A stretch of DNA of 64,000 nucleotides, from contig JBHGNT010000012.1 of assembly GCA_043228905.1 (NCBI GenBank), positions 8,308,001-8,372,000 on the forward strand, in the 5' to 3' direction. Position numbers and translations under genes: made by a program. Below are positions 39,997 through 53,858 of this stretch, one piece after another. Each line of letters begins with the position of its first letter. Positions within the stretch are counted from its first letter, which is position 1. Below the pieces are notes generated by a model. That model saw only the letters and a program-made list of their open reading frames with translations, ran no database searches and had not been told where the DNA came from. This DNA comes from Azolla caroliniana (Eukaryota; Plantae; Polypodiophyta).

Positions 39997-40035
<39 letters not shown>

Positions 40036-41285
40036 GCATGAGCGGGATCAACCTCCTCTTTGAAGTGGTCCTCCTCTAACAAGCAACGATGAGCTACAAG
40101 AAGGTGGCGGAGAAGGATAGATTCTAATGTGTGAATTTTCTTTATTTGTTTTTTACATCGATTTCTCCAATTTTCTCTATATAATCTTGAAATCGTTAGG
40201 ATTGCTAATTCGTACTCAAACCATTGATTTTAAGAATTTGTATATAACCTTGCCTATATTATCATATTAATTATGTATTAACAACTTCTGTCCATGAATT
40301 TTCTTTGCAAGGATACCATGAAAAGTAGATCAACTCAAAGGTCTTATGGAAATTGTTAAGAATTAGGTAATTAACTACAGGCTAATTAGTACCTAAGTAT
40401 GTCGTTAAGCTAAGCAGAAGATTAAGTGATATGTGTGTGTATGTGTGTGAGAGGAAGAGAGAGAGGAAGTTAACACTTATGAACAACACAAGATGGGGGA
40501 TGATTAACTCTATATTAAATTAGCATCAACATCATCAAATACAAAAATACCCACAATGAGGTATATATACAACTCATGTGCAATGGTGCACATGTGTGAG
40601 TAGAATATAGGTACAAGGATGTAAGTCCTATATTCAATATACTTGGTAGTGGAGGATCTTGAATGTATCCCCACGTACGTACAAGTACAAAATCCTATTT
40701 AAGGGTTTATAGTCAACACTCCTAACTAGATTCTATCTAGGTAACTATGAAGTTACAGGTTGACTAAATAACTAAACTAAGTTGAGCTTGATCTCTCAAC
40801 ACGCCCCCTCAAAGCTCAAGTGTGAGGCGTCCGACATCCGCTCTAGCTTTTGTCAGCTTCGTGTGCTTCCCTCCGGTCTTCGGCTTTCTTCGCCGTGGCA
40901 ATCTCGAGTCCTCCCCTCAAGTCGGTGACGAAGGCCGACTTCTTCCACCCAATGTGGGTTATGAGCCGCTTTAGTGGAGCTCTTGCGCTCTTGTTCGGCC
41001 GCTACCGTCATCGCAAAGGAATAGTGATGGGCCATATACTCGTTGTAGCCGAGGCTCTTTGCTCTAGATGAGCGTCGAAGTTTTTCGCTCACCGATGTGA
41101 GCGCCTTCTTTACTTCGGGTGTCCGCATGATGGGTACACCAAACTCACCATGTCTAGTGAGGGAGCTGACACATCCAAATCACTATCGTTGTGGTGGTCG
41201 ACTTCGTATTTGGGTATCTTACCTTTGCCTTTGTCCAAGTTCGGACTTGGTCGCGATGTGCTTGGGTCGCGTGGGGGCTCTTGTG

Positions 41286-41385
41286 TGTCACAGACATGAC
41301 AACAGTCATGTCAAGATTTGAACTCTTGACCTCTTGACATATATAGTCGAGTATTGTGTTCTAACCAACACATCCAAACATATGG

Positions 41386-41441
<56 letters not shown>

Positions 41442-43166
41442 TAGTAGATTATTAGTAGATTATCTATTTCAAGTTCTAGGAGTTTTTAGAAAGCTCTAGA
41501 ACTATAAAGTTCTAGAGGGTTCTAGAATATTCTCCCGAATATTCTCCAAAATATTCTAATGCATGTACTTCGACTCATCCTCTGTATCAATGTATTTGTG
41601 TTTCTTCAGAACCTAAACATCTCAATCTCTATGTGTCTATCCTCTTCATCTCTTTTCCGCTTCCATCATTGCCATAGTCAAAGTCGTTGCTTCCAAAGTC
41701 GCTTCGTCCACATCATTGCCTTCATTGCTTCGTCTTCGACATCATCATCTTCAACCCTCTTGTTGTTGTCATCAACACTACTTTGCCTAGCCTTCATTGT
41801 CGTCAAGTGTTCGCGTCTCCGGTGAGGACCGCACATGGTCTCTCATGCATGTTGGTGTTCGCGTCTCCAGTGAGAACCGCACATGGTCACTCAAGCCCAT
41901 TGGTGTTCGCGTCTCCGGTGAGGTCCCCACATGGTCGCTCATGTCCGTTGGTGTTCCAGTTCTCGGTGAGGACCGCAGAAAGTGTAACAGCCTGAGCAAC
42001 CAAACTTAAATAGGGGTCAACCAATGCTGCCCTCCAAACCGTACATGGCAATCTTTTGTCATACAGCTCGCACTCGGAACACCTTAATTTCTTGCTTGCT
42101 GAGAGTATTGCCGTCCCTTCCGTTTCGAAGAATTATTCCTTATTCTCAACGCCGGCCAGCCGCATACATACTGACCGCGTCGCTCACGTCTGTCGGTGTT
42201 TTAGTGCTCAGTGCGGACCGCACATGGTCTCTCACGTCCATTGGTGTTCATGTCTCCGGTGAGGACCGCACATGGTCGCTCACGTCCGTTGGTGTTCGTG
42301 TCTCCGGTGAGGACTGCACATTGTCGCTCACGTCCGTTGGTGTTCCAATTCCCGGTGAGGACAATACATTGTCGCTCATGCTCACATTGGTGTTCTAGTC
42401 TCCGGTGAGGGCTGAACATGGTCGCTCACGCTCACGTTGGTGTTACAGTCTCCGGTGAGGACTGTACATGGTCGCTCACACTCGTTGGTGTTCCAGTCTC
42501 CGGTGAGGACCACACATGGTCGCTTGTGTTCACCCATGCTTCTATTTCTAGTGAGGACTACTTGTGGTCACTCACTCCTCAATGTACTTTGGTTTTCTCA
42601 TTAAGCTCATCCCTACACCACGTGTTCTGTTCGAAAAGGCAGCCATAAAGGGCAGGATAATGTCACAGACATGACAACAGTCATGTCAAGGTTTGAACTC
42701 TTGACATCTTGACATATATAGTCAAGTATTGTATTCTAACCAACACATCCAAACATATGGTTATATATATATATATATCAAGTAGTAGATTATTAGTAGA
42801 TTATCTATTTCAAGTTCTAGGAGTTTTTAGAAAGCTCTAGAACTAGAAGGTTCTAGAGGGTTCTAGAATATTCTCTCGAATATTCTCCAAAATATTCTAA
42901 TGCATGTACTTCGACTCATAGTATAAATACTTGCAATCTTCTTGGTCCCTTTTGAGGGATTCAACACCAGTCATTGACACATCAATCTAGTATTCTCGTT
43001 TCGCCTCATCTTTGTCTCCTTGATCTTTATTTCTTTCTTCATGCCCTCATGTCACTCATAACATCTAGAGTTCCTAACCTTGTCACATCTAGCTCCAGGT
43101 TCATTCGTCGCTCGTAGCCCCATCATCTGTGCTCCGTTCTAGTCCGTGCTTAGTGTGTCCGTGACA
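41286..43166 (+). mobile_element. Non-autonomous LTR element (TRIM/LARD-like), 1881 bp, 5' LTR truncated
   Basis: TSD TTGTG at 41281-41285 and 43167-43171. 3' LTR 42661-43166 follows the PPT aaagggcaggataa. The 5' LTR matches only over 41286-41578. No RT or integrase. Confidence 0.92.
41808..42575. repeat. 48-bp tandem repeat, ~12 units in two blocks (41808-41975 and 42180-42575)
   Basis: Unit gtctccggtgaggaccgcacatggtcgctcacgtccgttggtgttcNN at 41815, 41863, 41911, 41959, then ~42204, 42252, 42300, 42348, 42398, 42448 and 42496. Confidence 0.92.
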
Positions 43167-46100
43167 TTGTGGCCCATTAAGCCTTGTCGAAGTTGTTCGG
43201 CGGATTCCGGGTCGAGCGGAGTTGGAGTCGAAGTTGTCTCTGGTACATACCAGGATGCGGACTCGTCGAAAACTACATCTCGACTTACCCGAACTGCTTG
43301 GGTAGAAGGGTTGTAGCACTTGTATGCCTTCTTCTCAGATGAGTATCCTATGAGGATACATTCCTCGGACTTCGTGTCGGGCTTCTATCATTGTTCGTTC
43401 GGGATGCGTACATTCACAATGCTTCCGAACACCTTGAGGTGCGATAGGATCAACTTCCTTCCGACAAGGAGCTCGTAAGGAGTTAGCTCATGCACTCCAT
43501 TGGTGGTGCATCGATTCATGAGATAGACGGCCGTGGATGCCACTTCGGCCCAATAGAAGTTCGGCATGTGTTTCTCATGCATCATGGTGCGTGCTACCTT
43601 GAGTATTTGCCGATTTTTCCTTTCGACGACTCCATTTTGTTGGGGTGTGTATCGGCATGAGAATTCTCTCCGAATGCCTCCACTTTGGAGGTAGGAGGTG
43701 AATTCATTGGAGAAGTACTCGCCTCCATTCGATCGTAGGCATCGAATGTGCCGATCAGTTTCTTTTTCGACTTGGCCCTTGAGCTTTTGGAAGTGGGAGA
43801 ACACTTCACTCTTCTTCTTCATCGGGAAGATCCACGCGTAGCGTGAGTAGTCGTCGATGAAGGTGACATAGTATCTGCATCCGCCGATCGTCGGTGTTTT
43901 ATCCAGTTCCCATACATCCAAATGTATGACATCGAGGAGGCCTTTGCTTGTGTGGCTCTCCTTCGGGAATGGGAGTCGATGTTGTTTGCCAAGTTGGCAT
44001 GCTTCACATACTCGGTCGACTTGAATGTCGGAAGTCCGATGACAACTCCCTTTGATTGCATTGCTCGAAGCTGTTGGAGGTTTATGTGGCCGATTCTTTT
44101 GTGCCACAACTCGATGCTTGTCTCGGTTTTGAGACCTTTGGGATACATGGCCTATTTCACCTCGTTTGAATCGAGGATGAACATGCAACCGTCTCTCCGT
44201 CCCTTGGCTATAAGTCGGCCATCTTTCTCGATGAAACAACCTTCGTTGTTGAAGCGGACTTGCATGCCTTGCTCCACGATTTGGCCAACCGAAACCAAAT
44301 TCTTCGTTATTGTGGGCATGTGCAAGACATTCTTGAAGCAAGTTTGTTCGCCTACTTTCCCGAATGGGACATTTCCGATGTGCCGAATGGGATGTGTGGT
44401 GTCGTCTCCCGTCTCTATGAAGCCGGGTCGATCCGGTGTATGCAAGTCATTGAACCACTCTTTGTGGGATGTCATGTGATGTGAGGCGCCGGAACCGACG
44501 AACCACACGTCTTCCGAATTGGAGGTGCTTGCAGAGTCGGAGGTTGTCATAGAGTTCGCTCTATGCCACATTACGAATAGTCCTCCATAGTCGTCGTATT
44601 CGGAGTTGGTGGCGTAATTCGTGAGTTGTCGACTTGTCGAAGCCAACTCACTTCTTCTTTTTCGGCACTCCTCCTTGCGGTGACCGATTTTTCCACAATA
44701 GTTGCAAGTTGTGGGCCTCATTTGCCAACCTTGTTCAGTATGGAAGCTCCCCCTTCTTCCGAAGGTTCCTCAATGGTTTTTGTGAAGGTTTGAATTATCT
44801 TCGTGTGATGTGCTGAATTGGCCTCTTCTACCGCCATGACCCCCTCCACCGTGACCTCGTCCTCACCCACTGTCCGAACTTGGGAAGAAAATCTGTCCTT
44901 TTGGCGTCTTCGTCTTGGTTCGCGTGTGGTTCTCTTCAACCAATAACATTGATTGGAGGTTGAAGAATGAAGGAGGGTTTTCTCTTGCCAAGATTGCCGT
45001 CTGTAATGGATCAAATCGTTGTGTGAGACCGCCCAAGCATACTTGAACCATCTCATCTTCATCGACATTTATGTTGATGGAGCCAAGCGAGTTGCAAATG
45101 CTCTTGATTTTGGTGGTGTAGTCCGACACTGACATATATTTTTACCGAATCTTGTTCAACTCTTGTCGGAGTTGAAGCTTTTGGGTGGTTGTGTTGGCGG
45201 TATACATTTTCTTTAAGTTCTCCCACGCCTCTTTGGGCGTCTCGGCGTCTCGGCGTCTCGAATGTGGCTAAGCATGTGGCCGTGGATACATGTTGCCAAG
45301 CAATACATGACTTGACTCGCCACTTGCTCCCATGTTGAGTAGTCGACGTTCTTTGGGTTGGGTCGATTTTCTTGAGCGCCGTTGATGTAGCTCCAATACC
45401 CTTGACCGACGAGGTATTGGTTCATCTTGTACTCCCAAGATGAATAATTGCTCCGGTCTAGCTTTTCACTAGGGAGCAAGCTACCCATTTGTGTGTTCAT
45501 GTTGATTAGTTTCTTCTCTTCTTTTGCTTTTCTTCCTTTGATCACATACACGTGCTACGTAGCGGCACTACAGTAGCGAGTAGCCGGATTTTATCGTCGT
45601 TGTATCGAACACACAATTCACGGAGTCGGGTGGGCTTACTGGATTTTTTAAACCACACGCTCTGGTACCATGTTAAGAATTAGGTAATTAACTACGGGTT
45701 AATTAGTACCTAAGTATGTGGTTAAGCTAAGCGGAAGATTAAGTGATATGTGTGTGTATGTGTGTGAGAGGAAGAGAGAGAGAGGAAGTTAACACTTATG
45801 AACAACACAAGATGGGGGATGATTAACACTATATTAAATTAGCATCAACATCATCAAATACAAAAATACCCACAATGAGGTATATATACAACTCATGTGC
45901 AATGGTGCACATGTGTGAGTAGAATATAGGTACAAGGATGTAAGTCCTATATTCAATATACTTGGTAGTGGAGGATCTTGAACGTACAAGTACAAAATCC
46001 TATTTAAGGGTTTATAGTCAACACTCCTAACTAGATTCTATCTAGGTAACTACGAAGTTACATGGTTGACTAAATAACTAAACTAAGTTGACCTTGATCT

Positions 46101-47159
46101 CTCAACAGAAATATTGTCACTTGATAGATGATAAATCAAGTGTTTGTGATGAAGAAGGGGGAAAGCAGGAGCATGTAAGATGTAGGAAATAATGATGTCG
46201 AAAACATGATCGGAAGTGACATTGCAATGCTAGGAATTATTGTATTTGAGCCATATCCAACAAAGAGTTTGTTGCCCTTTGGATTTAAACCACTTTCTAA
46301 GGGTTCTTAGTTTAGTATCATATTAGTTTTTAACCTTGTTTGTATGTGTATTTGCATATGCATGTGCATGGTTGTGTTTGTATGCATGTACAAGTGCATG
46401 CACATATGTATTTGCAACATTGTCTCTTGTCTATTTGCAATGTTACTTTGCATATTTGTTATTGTCATCTCACAGGCAAGAACTCTTTCGATCTTGAGAA
46501 GCCTCATGCGGCTTCAAGAAGTGATTTACGACAGAGGGCAAATATTCTAGTGACAATCGAACAAGAGTTTGTTGTGATCTATGCAAGTTTTCATGCGACT
46601 GCAAGCTCAAATCCACATCCACTTTGCTCTCAAAAAGAAAGAGGGTGCCCCAATATAGCTTCCGAAGAGCTTATGCCATACCATTGAATCTTGACCAACC
46701 AACATTGAGGTGCACATAAAAAAAGCTTAATTTATTTTGTGATATCTTTGCTAGAAAGGTTGTAGATCTTGTTGATATGTGTTATATTAATGATAATCTT
46801 AATCTGCTAACCCAAACATGAAGTTTCATCCTCTTTTTCATTTCCGAATTCCTTCCCTAAATGAACAAAAGACAAGCATGCTAATGGCAGGGATGGCGCG
46901 ATAGCATAAGAACGATAGAAGAGATTTAAAGCATGCGCATATTTGGGTCAAAAATGACATATATGAGTGTATTGACCCCAAATACCTTTTGCAATGTTGG
47001 AATTTCCTCTGAAACTATAAAGAACTAGGCTTCATTAATTCAAGCTTCCGACATTGATGGCTTGGAGGAAAGTGAGATCATTGAGGCAGATATAGTAATA
47101 GAAAAACCACTAGGCATGCATCCATACATGGTTATAAATACATATATACATACTTATGG

Positions 47160-47401
47160 GTTGCAAATTATATTATGGACCACAAAAGCTAATTTTATTG
47201 TGCATGGGATCACTTAGGAGGTGAAGGTATAATGATCGATACTCTTGATTATTACTCTACATCTTTTGTTTGCAGCAGATTATATTATTGACCACAAAAG
47301 TTGATTTTATTGTGCATTGGATCAAAATTCTAGCATTACTTAGGAGGTGAAGGTATAATGATTAATGCTTCTTGATTATTACACTACATCTTTTGTTTGC
47401 A
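47160..47401. repeat. Tandem duplication (~115-125 bp x2)
   Basis: attatattat.gaccacaaaag...ttaggaggtgaaggtataatgat...tacatcttttgtttgca occurs twice. Confidence 0.85.
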
Positions 47402-48699
47402 ACTATCATTTTGATCTTGTTATTTCATTCCCACAACATATTAACCTTTGGTTTCATATTGTTACTGTATAGGTTTTCAACTTATTGAAGGAGGGTGTTC
47501 GACAAAGAACATGTAAAAAAAATGTGTTTTTGTGAGTGTAGGTTTGCAAATGTCAAATTTCATAAGGACTATGATAAAGGGCATGCATGTACATGAAGCT
47601 TTTTCAGGTTTACATTGATGATAAACCCAACACTTCTTTTCTTGGAAATTTAAGATTTGACATTCTTGAATCTAAAGCTTTGTAGATTCCAAAGCTTACA
47701 TACCCCATTTCTGTTGTAAAGAGATTAATGGCTATGGCTATGGCTATGGAAGATAATATGTTTTATAGTTTAAAAGTATTATGTGTGAGTGATTGCATTG
47801 TAACAACTTAGGGACTCAAATGCTCAATTTTTGTTAGAGGAAAAATATGTGTGTGTTTGTTCTGGCATTGCAGAAACTTTATGTGGTACTTCTCGAGTTG
47901 ACTGTTGTGAATTATTCTTGGACATCTCATATTATAGTATTCTTGTTATGATATATGGTCTTTTAGATATTGTTTTTCACTTCCATGAGCCATAATATAT
48001 GCATTGTTACATAGGCATGTTAGAGAAGATGGCATGGAATGAAGCCAACCTTTCATGCTTAGTGCTTAGATGGTGACCCTTCTTTGAAATGAAGATGGTT
48101 TGAAGACACATGCTCCACACCAACAAACATGCAAACAAATGTACATACAAACACATTCCTTTAAAAAGAAATAAGAGAAGAAAAAGGAAAAAATAAAAAT
48201 AAAAAGTAAAAGCAAAATTTAATCTTTAAAAAAGGTGTTGCATAAAGCAATACCATATATCGATGTGTTTTGGTATCTTTAATAGCCTATTTGTTGTAGT
48301 GACATGTATAAAACATGATTATGCATACACATATATAGAACACATGCACACACATATAACAACAACACGCACATATAACATATAGATACATACACATGTC
48401 ATACATATGACAAATGCGATACAATACATATATAAAATAAACATGGAATATAATACAATACATATGTACATTCACATGAAATACAATACATGCATGCGAA
48501 CATACATACACACAACCCATACATAAAATATATGTAACACATGGAATACAATACAATACATAAATACACATAATGAACATACATGTGTTTTCTATGAAAG
48601 GGCATTTAAAATGAGTTGTCAAAAGTTAAAAACATTTGTATAAGGGGTTTATAAAAGATGTCATGAACGCATGTGATACAACCTCTTTATATATAGTGG

Positions 48700-49375
48700 A
48701 GCCCCCAGGCCATCCTCAAATTGATGTACAAACCGAAAGAGTCAACCAAGTCCTTGACCAATACCTTGGTGTACAATAAGCTACCAACAAGAGGATTGGG
48801 TGGACTTCCTTGCAATGGCGAAATTTGTCTACAATAAGAGTATCCATGCTTCAACTAGGGTTTCCCCATTCTTTGCAAACTATGGGTTCCACCCTCGTTT
48901 CAACATTTCCATTCCTACGACTTTCGTCAATCTATCGGCAGATATGCGTGCCCACACATTACAAGATGTCCATCATGACCTCTCCCTTGAGCTCCATATC
49001 GTTGGCACCTAATATAAGGATCAGACTTACCGTCATTGCTTGGCCGCGCCGACCTTTGCAATTGGTGACATGGTTTGGCTATTGCATGGCCACATCACCA
49101 CCACACGTCCCTATATGAAACTGGACTACAAAAAGCTAGCCCCCTTCCGTATCATCGTGTGAACCTACCAAGTCGCTTCCGATTAGCGTTTCCCCCAACA
49201 TTTAGGATTCACAATATTTTCCACGTTGCCCTTCTCGAACTCTACCATCCTTTTCGAATTCCGTGATGACAACCTCCTGCACCGCCACCCATGGAATTGT
49301 CAACAACGGAAGAGTATGAAGTTGACTAGATCCTCGACTCCCGCTTGCGTCATCGACATCTTCAATATTTAAGTG
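48700..49375 (+). pseudogene. Chromovirus integrase-chromodomain fragment
   Basis: HPQIDVQTERVNQ, KFVYNKSIHASTRVSPFFANYGFHP, RIHNIFHVALLE and an EEYEV chromodomain start. Confidence 0.85.
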
Positions 49376-49399
49376 AAAAGAATAACGTGCGGAAGCTTG

Positions 49400-52300
49400 T
49401 AGACACCACCAGACAAGGGGTGTTGAGATCGGTTGGCAATCGGTCATGCCGAACTTGTACAACATATTTAGTACATAGTGTCTTTGTGACAACAATATGC
49501 CGTTGGGGGTGTGGATCACTTCGATCCTGAGGAAGTAGTGACGGTCCCCCAAAACCTTCATCTCAAATGATGTCGCAAGTTGAGACTTCACACGACCGAT
49601 TTCCTCTAGGTTGGCACAGGTGATGACCAAATCATCAACATAAAGTAAGAGACTTATCGGCCCATTCCGACCTTGCCGGATGAAGAATGAAGAGTCCGAC
49701 TTGGATGTAGCAAACCCCATCTGACACAGGCGTTGCATGATCTTCACATTCCAGGCATGCAGGGCTTACTTAATCTATAAAGGGACTTCTTCAGTCGGCA
49801 TACTGCCGAAGTATTCGATCCGGACTGAAATCTGGCAGGTTGCCCCATGTATACCTATTCCACAAGTTCTCCTTGCATGAATGTGTTATTCACATCCATC
49901 CAGTGTAGATGCCAACCCTTTACCATGGCAACCACAAGCAAGACACGGACAATCGCCATCTTCACGACCGCCACGAACGTCTCATCATAGTTGATGTGGT
50001 GTTGTTGTGCGTAGCCCTTGGCCACTAACCAGGCCTTGTACCGGTTGACGGAGCCATCAGAGTTGTACTTGATCTTTTACACCAACCTACATCCAATCGG
50101 CTTCACGCCCTTGGGTGCGTCAACTAGCTCCCAAGTTCTCATTCTCTGTTAACAATCGTATCTCTTCCTCCATTGCAGCACACCAATTTGCGTCTTTTGC
50201 TGCTTCTACGTAGCTCTCCGGCTCACGCACTTCCGCCACTTTTGTCATGTATGCATAGTGATGCACCATGTACTCATTATAACCATACTGCTTCATGGGA
50301 TTCTTTTGGCGGGTTGATCAGCATAACTTCTCGTTCGCCGATTTTAGGGCCCTCTTGGCCGACTCGGACTTTGTTTCCGAAGGTCCGTCCTCATTCTTTC
50401 CAGATTTAGAGTCGCTCTGATGCAAGTCTTCTTTGTCAGTATCGTATTCCGGCATCTTCTTCTTCCCTTTTTCCTTCCACGTGAACTATCTCCTCAGTTC
50501 CTTGCATGGAGAGAGCATGGCTGAGTCTCCACTACTTGCCGGTTCATCATCTGACTGGTCATTCCGACTCAGACTCTCATTCAGCCCACTTAGCAGGAAT
50601 GAGATTCGATTCTCTTCTAGAGTACCAAAGTCTTCTTCTTCTTCTTCCTGAATCATTTTGGGCTCAATGGCCTCATCTTTAGTGATCAAGTAGTTGGAGT
50701 TGTCGGGGGTTGGAGTCGGAGTCGGTAGGGAGTACCATGATGCCATCTCATCGAATTCGACATCTCGGCTCAGTTGAACTTGTTTGGTCTAGGGGTTATA
50801 ACACTTATACCCCGTTTGCTCATGTGAGTAGCTGACCAACATGCATTTCTCCGACTTTGGGTCCAATTTCCTCCTCTTCTCATCAAGCACATGCACATAG
50901 GCAATGCTACTGAATATCCTCAGGTATCATAAGTTTGGCTTCCGCCCGAAATACAGCTTGTGTGCCAACACCTTCTCCCTTATGTGATTTTGGATGTAGA
51001 CTGTGGTTTAGACCGCGTCAACCTAGTAGAACTTGGGCATGCTCTTCTCCTCCAACATTGCCCTTGCCGCTTCCACAATTGACCGGTTCTTCCTCTTGGC
51101 TACACCGTTTTGCTCCAACATATATCTGTAGTTGAATTCTCGCCGAATTCCCTTCTGTTGCAGATAACTATTGAGTTGTGTAAAGAATCAGATATGATTC
51201 TTCTGTAGCAGAAGAGATGTGTGTTATGTGTTAGAGAAAAGAGAGAAGAGAAGAGAAACACAAGATAGATAAGCTAGAGACATGAAATACTGAAGAAGAA
51301 GAAGATGTATGCCTATCTGAAGGTTCATGTTGATGTGTAGAAGATCGACATCTCCGGCCTCAACACGCTCTCGAATGAAGTGGTAGTGCACTTCAATATG
51401 CTTTGTGCGTGCATGGAACACCAGGTTCCGAGCAAGATATATATTGCTCATGTTGTCATAGTAAATGGGAGTCAGATCCTTGATGGGAACACCTAGATCC
51501 CTCAAAATCCTCTTGAGACATACAACTTCACATGCAGCTACGACTGCGCCCCTGTATTCAACCTCCGTACTTGAAAGTGTAGCGGTAGGCTGCTTCTTAC
51601 TACTCCAAGATATTGCTCTGCTACCGAGCGAGAAGACAAATCCGGAGGTCGATCGTCGATCAGCTCTATAGCCGACCCAGTCGGCATCCGTGTACCCTTC
51701 CAGTCGAATTGGTGTGGCCGATGCGTAGAGGGTGTCGTAATCCATTGTGCTGCTCACGTATCGTAATACTCGCTTAGCGCAATCGAAATGGATATCTTGT
51801 GGAGTTTGCATGACCTGGTTAAGGAGGCCGACCTGATAGTTGAGGTCGGGTCGAGTGATCGTGAGATAGATGAGGCTCCCGATCAGTTGTCAATATTGAG
51901 TCAGATCGCACTCGTTTATGCCAAAGTCAGCATCTAGTTTGAGGTTTCAATCGAGAGGGGTTGCCACAGATTTGCACTCTGTCATCCCGAACTTGTATAA
52001 TAAGATGAGAATGTAGTGACGTTGAGAGATCATAATGCCGGTCAGAATTTGAATTACTTCAATGCCTAGGAAGTAATGAAGTTCCTTCATGTCCGTCGTC
52101 TCGAATTTGTTGGAGAGGAGGGATTTCACCTTGTTGATGTAGACTAAACTTTATCCTCCAAAGACCAGATCATCCTGGTATAGGATGATGACAATCGAGC
52201 TTCTAGAGTCGTTTCGTATGTAGAGGGAGTTGTCGGATTTCGACATTCGAAAGCCGATTTGATGAAGATATTGCATAATCTTCGAATGCCAAGCACGCGG

Positions 52301-53858
52301 TGCTTGCTTGAGGCCGTAAAGAGGCTTCTTGAGTTGGCATACAACTTTCGGATGAATGCTGGATTCGAAGCCAGGTGGTTGTACCATGTACACCTCTTCT
52401 AATTCGCCCATTCATCACCTCAACCCATCTGGGGTCCTTCGTAGCTTTAGAAAACGTTTCCGGCTCCCGTGTTGTCACTACCTTCATCATAAAGGTGTAA
52501 TGGTACACCATATAATCGTTGTAGCGGAATCGGCTTACGGGGTTCTTTTCATGGGTGGATCGGCGGAGCTTCGTGTTTGCGGATACTAAGGCTTTCTTCG
52601 CTCCATTTTTCCGGATGTAAAGGCCTTCGAACTCATTATCGAGGGAGTGAGTCGATTCGTTGCCGTCAAAGTGATCGTCTTCATACTCCGGCATTTTCGC
52701 CTTCCTTTTGTCCAACTTCAGACTCGACGGAGATGTGCTTTGATCGCTTGGAGGCTCTTGTGGCTGCTTGTCGTAATCGGTCTTTGTTCGAACATGTGCG
52801 CGAGCCGATCTTTGGCTTCTATCTCTATTTTGGTGGATTCCGGTCGAGTAGAATAGGAGTCAATGTTGTCTTTGGTGCGTACGAGGATGCAGACTCGTCG
52901 AAAATGACGTTTCGACTTACTCGAGCTTTTCGAATTGAGGGGTTATATCACTTGTACCCCTTTTGCTCCAGTGAGTATCCTACGAGGATACATTTCTCCG
53001 ACTTTGGGCTTCTCGTCGCTTCTCGTCGGGGATGTGCACACATGCAATGGAGCAGAATATCCGAACACGTGATAGGTCCGACTTCTTTCCGAAAAATTTC
53101 TTGTGTGGAGTAAGTTCGTGCACACCCGATGTCGTACACTGATTTATGAGGTATACGACCGTGTTAACCACGTCTGCCCGGTACGATTTCGGCAGGTGCT
53201 TTTCATTCATCATGGCCTGTGCTACGTCGAGGATGTGCCGATTCTTTCTTTAGGCGACTCTGTTTTGTTGTGGCGTATGTGGACACGAAAAATATCGCCG
53301 AATTCACAAGAGAAATGAAATACTCAAGAAGAAGAACATGCATATTCACAAGTTAAATATCAAATACAAAATGTAGCATTACAAGGAGTTACAACCAACT
53401 TAATATGAAGTATGAGGAGGGTGCTTTATATATAGTCACCCTCTCTCTTCATTAACTAACTATAACAATCACTCTCTCTTGGGGAATGTGAAGACTTATA
53501 GTGATGGGGAATATGTAACTCATTAGTTATGTGTCATAGAATATGATTTTATGACACATAGTTAATGTGTAGAGAGTAGTGGTGTGACTCTTGACCTTTG
53601 AGTAATCATATATTCTCAAAAGGTGTGTTCACACGTTGCACTATGTTGAGCTTGATTCTCAACAAACTGGCCGGAAAAATATTCTTTTCCGGCATCTGAA
53701 TGCAGGCAATTTACTTTCCTCTCAGTTTCCCGTTCAACTAAGCTTTGTTAGTTCTAGAAACAATCGAAGATGTCGCTCTTCTTCTCAATGAGGTAGATCC
53801 ATGTGTGTCTGGTTGTAGTCGTTGATGAAGGAGACGAAATATTGACTCCACCAAGACT
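49400..53858 (-). mobile_element. Copia internal fragment (integrase to RT), interrupted by a nested Copia
   Basis: LLLYVDDL, YKAWLVAKGYAQ and integrase YFVSFINDY...SDAGKEYFSGQ|FNSYLQQKGIRREF, which is continuous across the 51179-53664 insertion. Confidence 0.85.
51179..53664 (-). mobile_element. Nested, internally deleted Copia (outer LTR ends plus integrase, RT and RNase H fragments)
   Basis: TGTAAAG and CTCAACA termini, degenerate TSD agttg/aactg, and motifs YTDADW, SWSSKKQ, HARTKHIEVHYHF and LKKPLYGLKQAPRAW. Confidence 0.8.

Larger units (their letters stand above)
28243..40000 (+). mobile_element. Full-length L1-clade LINE (~6 kb native), degenerate, interrupted by the chromovirus at 31233-37024
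   Basis: ORF1 and ORF2 remnants in the correct order, a short A tail at 39998-40000, and (GA)n on both flanks (28225-28243 and 40001-40033). The 5' boundary is inferred. Confidence 0.85.
40354..46107 (-). mobile_element. Ty1/Copia element with RT/RNase H deleted; carries a nested element
   Basis: LTRs 45671-46107 and 40354-40801, TSD GAAAT at 40349-40353 and 46108-46112, PBS tggtaccagagc at 45659-45670, PPT at 40802. Gag, CNYCGKIGH..EC, protease (SGASHHM), GAG-pre-integrase and integrase are present. The sequence jumps from the pre-RT 'HWVE' to the 3' end near 40945. Confidence 0.95.

Noticed and set aside
41808-42575. CRISPR-like array
   Set aside because: The units are head-to-tail 48-bp tandem repeats with no unique spacers, inside a plant LTR element, with no cas genes.
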